Origin: Histomonas meleagridis 2922-C6/04-290x
Taxonomy: Eukaryota > Protista > Parabasalia
Length of the DNA stretch: 21,630 nt
Assembly: GCA_020184695.1 (NCBI GenBank)
Contig: JAANOX010000065.1
Coordinates: 1 to 21,630, forward strand
Direction: 5' to 3'
Positions 8,930 through 16,712 of the stretch are shown in pieces. The notes beneath the pieces are model-generated. The model did no database searches and had not been told where the DNA came from. It saw nothing but the letters and a program-made list of their open reading frames with translations. Every line of letters begins with the position of its first letter. The first letter of the stretch is position 1. A program made the position numbers and the translations under genes.

Positions 8930-9985
8930 GAAATTAAAATTACAAAAGTTAGCAAACATTATCCCTTCCCTCTTATAGTTCAATAGATAAATGGTTTAAA
9001 CCTTAATGACGACAATAACATAAGTGAAGAAAATCCCGTCACTATGGTCGTCGACAATATAGCCTTGGAAGATCTTATAGTATATCAAAATATACGATTC
9101 CAAATAGTACGAGGCTATTATTGGGATGAGGGTTATGATCCCACCATTCAAAATGTAATCAAAGAAATATTCCAAAAACGGGTGGAATATAAACGACAAA
9201 ATAACCCTCTCCAACTAATATATAAATTAATTATGAATAGTTGTTACGGCAAAACAATTGAAAAGCCGATCAACAAAGAATGGAAGTATTTAAAGAAAGG
9301 CGATAGAGCTGATAACTACGCCTCTAAAAATCACTTTCGAATAATAGAAAGAATTCTGATTAATGATCCAAATATAGAATCATTTAATATAAAACGACCT
9401 ATAGATAAGCATTTTAACTTATCGTTGTTAGGCGTTCAAATATTAAGCATGTCAAAGAGAATCATGAACGAAGTGATGTGCTTAGCATATGACATTGGCT
9501 GTAAAATTCCTTATCAAGATACAAACTCAATGCAAATAGTAAAATCGGATTTACCTAAATTAGAAACAGCCTTCGAGGCTAAATATAATAGAAAACTAAT
9601 AGGTAATAATTTAGGGCAATTCCATTCCGTTTTTACTAGTGATGATGGTAGAAGCGATGTCAACTGCGCAGTTGAAAGCTACTTCATCATGAAGAAAACC
9701 TATATCGATAAACTATTCTATAATGATTATGGTATAGGTTATATGTCTAGGGCAAAAGGTATACCTACCGATACTAGATATATACATGCAAATCTTGATT
9801 ATGATGATGATATCATGAAATTGTATCGTTCTTTATATGAAGGTAATGAAATAGAATTTAATTTATTATTAGGTACAACCAAATTTAAATTAAATCCTAA
9901 TCAAACTATCACTAATGTCGAAAAGTTCCCGAGAACGTTATAGACCACATATGGAAAAGGAGACGTTAACAACTATTTTAAATGA
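8927..9985 (+). pseudogene. polB: C-terminal fragment of a protein-primed family B DNA polymerase
   Basis: Motif B KLIMNSCYGK (9224-9253); motif C reads YQDTNS (9512-9529) instead of YxDTDS; GQFHS and KKTY follow. The frame extends upstream to VEIKITKVSKHYPFPL across a TAG (8984), and downstream past a TAG (9941) to a TGA at 9985. Motif A and the exonuclease domain are absent. Confidence 0.92.
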
Positions 9986-10303
9986 GTAAAAAGTGCAATC
10001 GTTATTTTGTATCGTTCTTATGAATTTTTTTGTTTTGAATGTACAGTTAGATCGTCATTCAAAAAGTGAAAAGTGCTAAAATACTTAACGGTTTTTGAGC
10101 GTAACTTTGAAAATGAATGGGATGTATTTTATATCTCACAAAGTCGGCCCACGAACGGTTATATCAAATTTCTCAAGTATTGAAATCACTGAACTGAATA
10201 ACATGCAAAGGAACTATTTCTCTTATCTCTTTCTCCTTTAAATAGTTGGGAATTAACTGAAAACCTAACTAGATGTAAAAACGCCGTAGCCTTCTATATA
10301 GTT

Positions 10304-10603
10304 ATGCTTAAAGATGGTAGTCAAGGTGAAGGCCTTACCACAACTGATAGGACTAATTTAAATGAAATACGGGCCATCAAGAAGTGTATCGATCGCCTCT
10401 GGAGCAACCTAAGCCGAGATTCTAAAGAGAATGTATTTTCTTATATGGATGCAAATAGGCTAGAATTCGGTTTAGGTTCCGACTATGTCTTCAAACTAAT
10501 GAGCAAGGATAGACAAGTCGAAAAGTTTCCTGCAGTACCCTCTGAGAAATTAAGGCAATGCTTCATTGATTCTGATCAAGAAGAATTAATGCCTCCGTTT
10601 TAA
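10304..10603 (+). CDS. Hypothetical protein, possibly part of a longer broken gene (~10203-10681)
   Basis: GC-richer coding-like sequence. The frame is open upstream to 10202, with an out-of-frame ATG at 10203. It continues in frame after the TAA for 25 codons to 10681. No recognisable family. Confidence 0.45.
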   Translation: MLKDGSQGEGLTTTDRTNLNEIRAIKKCIDRLWSNLSRDSKENVFSYMDANRLEFGLGSDYVFKLMSKDRQVEKFPAVPSEKLRQCFIDSDQEELMPPF

Positions 10604-10736
10604 ATGTCCCCAAGACCGAAAGAGGATGAAGAAAAAACTAGAAGACGTCCGCCACTCTCAAGCAAATGCCCTAAAAAGTAATGAGCTAGAATAGCTCCTC
10701 AGTCATTAATAAAAAATGACTTGACCAATTTTTTTT

Positions 10737-11138
10737 TTATTGATAATTATTTTCATTTTGAGTGTTTTCTTCTTGAGTTTGTTGAGTTAATATATTAGCA
10801 TATTGTTGCAATACATTTAATTTACCTGAGTAGGCATTATATTTATTTAAATCATTATTGAATATTTGATTTAATAATTCCATTATAGATATTTGATAAG
10901 CTTTATCTAATTGTTCAGGTGTTATATTTTGTAATAGATTTTTAATAGTAGGATGATATTTTTCATCTATAAATTTATAAATTTGTTTTCTTAATAAATT
11001 ATGATATTTATTATACACAGTTACAGTTAATGTTATTACATTTTTATTTTTTACAATAGAAGACGAAGGTTTAATATTTATAGCACTAAAATCACAATCT
11101 TTAAATTCTTGTGCAAAACATGTATAAAGAGCTTCCAT
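10737..11138 (-). CDS. Second copy of the 130-aa protein (133 aa), inverted relative to unit A
   Basis: Near-identical to 7117-7509. Confidence 0.75.
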   Translation of the reverse strand: MEALYTCFAQEFKDCDFSAINIKPSSSIVKNKNVITLTVTVYNKYHNLLRKQIYKFIDEKYHPTIKNLLQNITPEQLDKAYQISIMELLNQIFNNDLNKYNAYSGKLNVLQQYANILTQQTQEENTQNENNYQ

Positions 11139-11181
11139 TAATAATAATGAAATGATTTTTATAAAAATTATTTTTATTTTT

Positions 11182-11983
11182 ATGGAAAACGATATTAATA
11201 TTGATGCCTTAGATAATATGATTGATTATTGTTTATATAAAAATAAACCTAAATTAAATGAAGAATTAATAAGTGAAATTCATCCAGAAGTGAATGTGCT
11301 TTATAATTCTTTAAATATAGCAGTAGGTAGACAAAGAAGTGGGAAAACTCAATGTATAATTAGAGAAATTATTAAAATTAGTAATATTAGTCCTAGAACT
11401 CATTTATTAATTTATATTAATAAAAATGGATTAGAAAAATGATCCCTACATTTGAATCATTAAAACCTTTAATAAAGATTACAATTTTATATGTAGCTGA
11501 AAATCAAGCTGAAGATATAGTTAAAGATATATTAAAATGGAAACAATTTTATAATGAAATTAAAAATAATCATTGGGAAAATAAAATAGTAGATAATCAA
11601 ATATCTGAATTATTTCAAAAATTATATATTAATAATTTTAATAATTTAACTTTACATACTATAATATTTTTGAAGATTGTGCTAATAGTCCTTTATTTAA
11701 AAACCTACTAATTATTTTTAATCAATTATTTACTAAATTAGCTCATATTCAATGTTCTGTATTTTTCGCTGTACAATTTTGGAAATCTTTACCTGCTGAA
11801 GTTAAAGCTAATGTAAGTACTATATTTATATTTCCTAATTTCTCTAAACAACAATTAAGTTATATGATTGAACAAATACCATTGCCTTATACTAAAGATC
11901 AAATTTATTCAGTTTATCAAAAATTAACTGGTCATCAAAGAATAATTATTGACGTTAATAATCAAAAAATAAAAATTGAATAA
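11182..11983 (+). pseudogene. A32/FtsK-like packaging ATPase, copy 2 (full length, frameshifted)
   Basis: MENDINID...GRQRSGKT...[shift ~11435-11446]...PTFESLK...TIIF[shift ~11670]EDCAN...KLAHIQC...AVQFWKSL...KIKIE*. Confidence 0.87.
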
Positions 11984-12085
11984 ATAATTTTTTTTTTGAA
12001 ATCATTATTATCTGCGAAGATTCAATGATTATCCTGATTTTATTATTTATTTAAACCCAGAGAAGAAATTTAAATTAGTAATAAT

Positions 12086-12102
12086 ACACACACACACACA
12101 CA
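12086..12102. repeat. (AC)8 microsatellite
   Basis: ACACACACACACACACA, followed by a short GC-rich stem-loop. Confidence 0.9.
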
Positions 12103-12241
12103 GCGCTATGTGAGCTTCGTGCTACGCACTCGCTCCCACCCGCGCTACATAAACTAAAGGATGAACGGCTAAAATCGATTGAATTCTCATAAATCGGTTG
12201 GTTTTGATTGAAAGTAATAAAATATATTTAAATTCATGATG

Positions 12242-12499
12242 ACATTTATATTTAAAATGTGTGAGGCATGAATCCGGCTGAGCTGTTGTTAATCCTATGT
12301 GGATTTTAGTGTTTTGTTGTTAATCCTATGTAGATTTTAGTGTTTGGAGCTTAAAGTTGTTATTAACTGAGGTTTTGAATGTAAAAAGTACCTTTTAATT
12401 TTCAAAGATGTTTTTTTAACCCTTTTTCTAACCCTTTTTTTAACCCTTTACGAAACGGAGAAAATGAGCATTTTTTGAATGATTTAACGCAAAAGTTGA
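12242..12499. repeat. Direct repeat R1 (non-coding)
   Basis: Matches 13206-13449, and its 3' part matches 12521-12710. Contains a duplicated TTGTTAATCCTATGT(G/A)GATTTT and several T(n)AACCC units. Confidence 0.93.
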
Positions 12500-12520
12500 C
12501 GGTTGATATATCAGTAAGAA

Positions 12521-12753
12521 TTTGTTGTTAATCCTATGTAGATTTTAGTGTTTGGAGCTTAAAGTTGTTATTAACTGAGATTTTGAATGTAAAAAGTACC
12601 TTTTAATTTTCAAAGATGTTTTTTTAACCCTTTTTTTAACCCTTTTTTTAACCCTTTACGAAACGGAGAAAATGAGCATTTTTTGAATGATTTAACGCAA
12701 AAGTTGAATGACAAAAAAATAAATTATTTTTAAACGAAACCGTAAAGTTTTTT
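12521..12753. repeat. Direct repeat R2 (5'-truncated), overlapping the HNH stop codon
   Basis: Matches 12313-12499 and continues to match R3 through TTTAAACGAAACCGTAAAGTTTTTT. Confidence 0.93.
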
Positions 12754-13203
12754 AAATTTTGAATAATAAAGTGCAAAACTTGAATTATTAGTATCTCTGC
12801 AATAAACATGAGCAGAACCGCGCTTATCATAACAGATTGTTAATTTTCTGAATTTAATACCGTTCCAAAAGTAAAACGCATCTGTTTTATCATCATAATA
12901 ATAATCTTCTAATTGATGATTGCCATACTTATTAACTTCAATTGAATCCTCGTTGATTTCGTCAAAGAATTCAAAGTCTTTTCCTTTACCTGAACTATTA
13001 TTTTTTAGATTTTCTGACTGATAAACCCGGAGATTTGAAACGTGATTGTTGGAACGGTTGTGATCTATGTGATCGATAAATGGCTTGTTTTCTGGATTTG
13101 GAATAAATTGTAACGCAATGATACGATGTTTAAGATATAATTTTCTGTTTAATTTACATGCAATATAACCGGTAGTTTTAATTGAAAATTCTTTAATGAC
13201 ACC
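12730..13203 (-). pseudogene. HNH endonuclease (HNH_3/phage homing-endonuclease type), 157-aa open frame lacking its start; not in the ORF track
   Basis: Manual translation: GVIKEFSIKTTGYIACKLNRKLYLKHRIIALQFIPNPENKPFIDHIDHNRSNNHVSNLRVYQSENLKNNSSGKG...YYSKFKKLYGFV*. It is preceded by ATG-TGA at 13209-13204. Confidence 0.88.
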
Positions 13204-13205
13204 TC

Positions 13206-13495
13206 ACATTTATATTTAAAATGTGTGAGGCATGAATCCGGCTGAGTTGTTGTTAATACTATGTGGATTTTAGTGTTTTGTTGTTAATCCTATGTGGATT
13301 TTGTTTGAACTTAAAGTTGTTATTAACTAAGATTTTGAACTCAAAAAGTACCTTTTAATTTTCAAAGATGTTTTTCTAACCCTTTTTTTGAACCCTCAAC
13401 GAAACGGAGAAAATGAGCATTTTTTGAAGGATTTAACGCAAAAGTTGAATGACAAAAAAATAAATTATTTTTAAACGAAACCGTAAAGTTTTTTT
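13206..13495. repeat. Direct repeat R3
   Basis: Matches R1 from its first base (ACATTTATATTTAAAATGTGTGAGG) and R2 to its last base. Confidence 0.93.
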
Positions 13496-13845
13496 GATTG
13501 TAGAAAATAAACTTTTTTAACGGTTTTCGAAATAAAATTTTAACGGTTTTCTGTTTGATTATTGGGATAGATTAACGGACGTCGAAAATGACGGTTGATG
13601 AATTTTAACGGTCGAGTGATTGTTGTAAAATGTGTTGTGAAATATATTCGAATAGATAAAGAAAAATATCTACGATGAATGGCAAATGTAAAAATTTTTG
13701 AATTGACATTGAATTTAGTGGCAAAACGATTAATAATTGAATGAGTACTGAAAAATTGGCGGGCAAAATGATTTGAATGAGTTCTGAAAAAGTTAATTTT
13801 GCGCCTGATGCACTTAAAACGCGTGTTTCAGTAGGTATATAATGC

Positions 13846-13922
13846 GGTCGGGAATGATCACGAGGTCCCTAGAGGCCCCGCCCTCGGCGGGGGCCCTAGG
13901 GACCTCGTGATCATTCCCGACC
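13846..13922. repeat. Leader hairpin 1, unit B (37-bp arms, 2 mismatches, loop CTC)
   Basis: 13846-13882 pairs with 13886-13922. Confidence 0.95.
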
Positions 13923-13933
13923 TTACTTTCACT

Positions 13934-14008
13934 GGGATTTCCGGGGTCTTCGACCCCCGGAGGTGCCCTTCGGACCCCTCCGGAGGTCTCAGACCCCTTC
14001 AATCCCCC
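13934..14008. repeat. Leader hairpin 2, unit B (imperfect arms, inverted loop)
   Basis: The loop 13964-13976 is TGCCCTTCGGACC. The left arm is diverged and holds a local GGGGTC-TTC-GACCCC stem. Confidence 0.9.
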
Positions 14009-14311
14009 GAGTGTGCTCGCTCCGCTCGCAACAAAAATCAAAATGATTTTTGTGAGCCATACAATTCGATAGAAAATTTGAATGAGCATTCAATTTTGAG
14101 AGAACGCGAAACTTTTTCATAGGGACGATAGCACTTTTTATGCCACTTTTCGCATAAACCTATCAAAAACCTCGTATAACCAGCGCAAAATGTCCCCGGT
14201 TATGTTTGGCCGGACATTTATCCTATTCAATTTATCTTTGGTCAGAGGTTTGTAGTCAAAAAGCGACGGTTATATTGTTTGGTCGCATGGCAAACTTTAT
14301 TTTTTTCATAA

Positions 14312-14654
14312 ATGCTTAAACCTGTGACTAAAACGTATTTTTTTTTTTTTCAAAAAAGAAAACCGTTTTCCGCCTGAATTTGTGGATTCTCAAAATCCTA
14401 GATATATTGTAGTACAGCAATGTAAGTGTAAATTTAAGGATTATTTAGTATCTGATGTTTCAATGCATGCTGATTTTATTGAACGTGACCATTATGAAGA
14501 TTATTTTTGTATTTATACAAATGAAAACAGGACTAAATATAAGAAATATGAATATAAAAGTAGAAAACCAAATTTTAAAATATGGTTTAAAGAAATGAAT
14601 GGTAAAGAAATTGATCCAGAATATTTTATGTTAGAATTATTATTAATTTATTAA
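14312..14654 (+). pseudogene. Unit B copy of the 113-aa protein, frameshifted in a T run
   Basis: The ATG at 14312 matches 1182. A long T homopolymer (~14338-14351) replaces TTTTGTACTTCCC. The rest is near-identical. Confidence 0.85.
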
Positions 14655-14676
14655 ATAAAAAAATCATTTTTTATCA

Positions 14677-16677
14677 ATGTTTAGTATTGAGAATGCTACG
14701 AAAGGTATAAAAACTAATGTTGTTGCTGCTCCTGAAATTATTGATAAAGATGACTTACAAGAACTTTTAGAAAATTATCCTACAAATGATCAAATAACAG
14801 AAAAAAACTTAATACTATAACTTCGATTACATTACCTCAATTATATTATAATAAATCGCAATCAGATGAAAAATATTCAACAAAAAGTCATACTCATAAT
14901 ACAATAAATAATGATTTAACAGTAAATGCGAATGTACAAGTTAATTCATTAAATGGTTTTCAATTAACAACTGCAGAAGGTGGTAAATGGGATACAAAAT
15001 TATATGTGCCATCTATTATTACATTAAAAAGAAGATGGTGTTGTGGAAGTTGGACAATATATTGATATGCATAATAAGGCATATTGTTATAAAGATAATA
15101 CATGGAGAATAACTGCTAATACTAATTCATTAGATTTTTAAATCAAAAAAACTGGTTCATTATTAAGTTTTTGGAAAGTAATGGAAATATTCAATGTGCA
15201 ACTATTAATAATTTAGATACAACTAAGATATCTTTAAATGATCATAATCATGATGAGATTTATGCTAAAAAAGATCATGAACATACAAACTATGCTTCAT
15301 CAGAACATACTCATAGTTATAACGATTTAAATGATAAACCTGAAACATTTCCACCTACAGTTCATACTCATAGTTATAATGACTTAAATGATAAACCTGA
15401 AACATTCCCACCTTCAGAACATACGCATAGTTATAATGATTTATCTGATAAACCTGAATCATTTCCACCCTCAGTACATACACATACGGAGTATGCTCTG
15501 AAAGATCATAATCATGATACAAAATATGCTGCTACAAATCATACACATAGTTATAATGATTTAACAGATATTCCTACAGTATCAAATCCAGAAAATATCA
15601 CATGTTCAACAATTAATGGTTTTTGCTTTAGATTCATCTCCTGCAGATTCAAATTTAAATATTAGTGTTCCTTCAATTGCAGTTATTAAAAACGATGGTG
15701 TTTTAGAAACAGGTCCTTATATAGATATGCATACTAGTGATGGATATGAAAATGATTATAGTTTCAGAATACAATGTACAGGGAATGTTATGGAATTTAA
15801 ACCAACACTAAAAAGGTTGCAATGGTTTTTTTATTACACAGCAGCTTTTGATGCATTAGGTTGTACTAAAATTAAATTGCTCTCAAAATTATGTACTCTG
15901 TAAAAACTAATGGTATTGATAATACAGGAAATATAAAAATCCGGTACTGGTCAATTCACTAGTTTAGAATCTACTAAATTAACTTTATTTCACAGTATAA
16001 TTGAAGAATCAGGTAATACATATCAATTATTATGGAGAATTTATGGATGTACACCTACTGAAGATAAAAAATATGGAAGATTATATTTTGAATCTGTAAC
16101 ACAAAAAGAAACAAGATAATGATACATTTTCTGATATATATAGTGCAATATATTATATTGCAACTACATTTAATACATTTGAAGGAACTGGAGGTTTAGC
16201 ACAAATAAATACAACTATTACTCATAATGCACCTGTTGAAGAAGACTTAACACAATTTCAAATTGGTTCACCAGTATTTTTAACAGGTAATGTTTATGCT
16301 TTAACCAATGAAGGTAAATATGTTACAAATACTTCATCAACTGATTGTATTCCATCAGTTAAAACATCAGGTACTTATAAAGAATATTTAGGGATATGTG
16401 TAGCTAAACATGGAACTGGATATAAAGCTTCAATAGGTGATGTTATTAAAAGAGAAATCGAAATTTTACAAGATACTATTGATTTTTGCTACACATGGAG
16501 ATTTTTTTATTTTTAGAGTAAATAATACCGCAGATTATGAAATTGGTGATGTAGTATTATTTGATGGTAATAAATTATCAGATGATTTAGTAATAACTAC
16601 TACAAATATTAAATTCAATAGTTGGTAAAGTAACAGGTAAAATAGATGAACATTTATTGAGTATATTTAAAGAATAA
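14677..16677 (+). pseudogene. Unit B fibre gene, broken by multiple small indels
   Basis: Same N-terminus (MFSIENATKGIK) and C-terminus (...LLSIFKE*) as 1544-3706. The ORFs at 15171, 15616 and 16437 are pieces of it. Confidence 0.88.
15306..15476 (+). repeat. Three tandem 57-bp coding repeats in the unit B fibre
   Basis: Units start at 15306, 15363 and 15420. Confidence 0.95.
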
Positions 16678-16712
16678 AAAAAAATATTTTATTTCATTTT
16701 TATTTTTTTAGA

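Noticed and set aside
8954-8960. AAACATT matching 693-699 as a target-site duplication of unit A
   Set aside because: It lies ~25 bp inside polymerase coding sequence rather than at the junction, and it is short and AT-rich.
8996-9214. 72-aa minus-strand ORF
   Set aside because: Antisense to the polymerase.
12648-12830. 60-aa minus-strand ORF
   Set aside because: Off-frame overlap with the HNH 3' end and repeat R2.
12242-13495. R1-R3 as a CRISPR array or retrotransposon LTRs
   Set aside because: The repeats are 230-290 bp. There are no TG...CA ends, PBS, gag or RT, and one repeat end overlaps HNH coding sequence.
13814-14122. ORFs 13814-14089 (-) and 13907-14122 (+)
   Set aside because: They arise from stop-poor GC-rich palindromes, and the equivalent frames are not maintained in the unit A leader.
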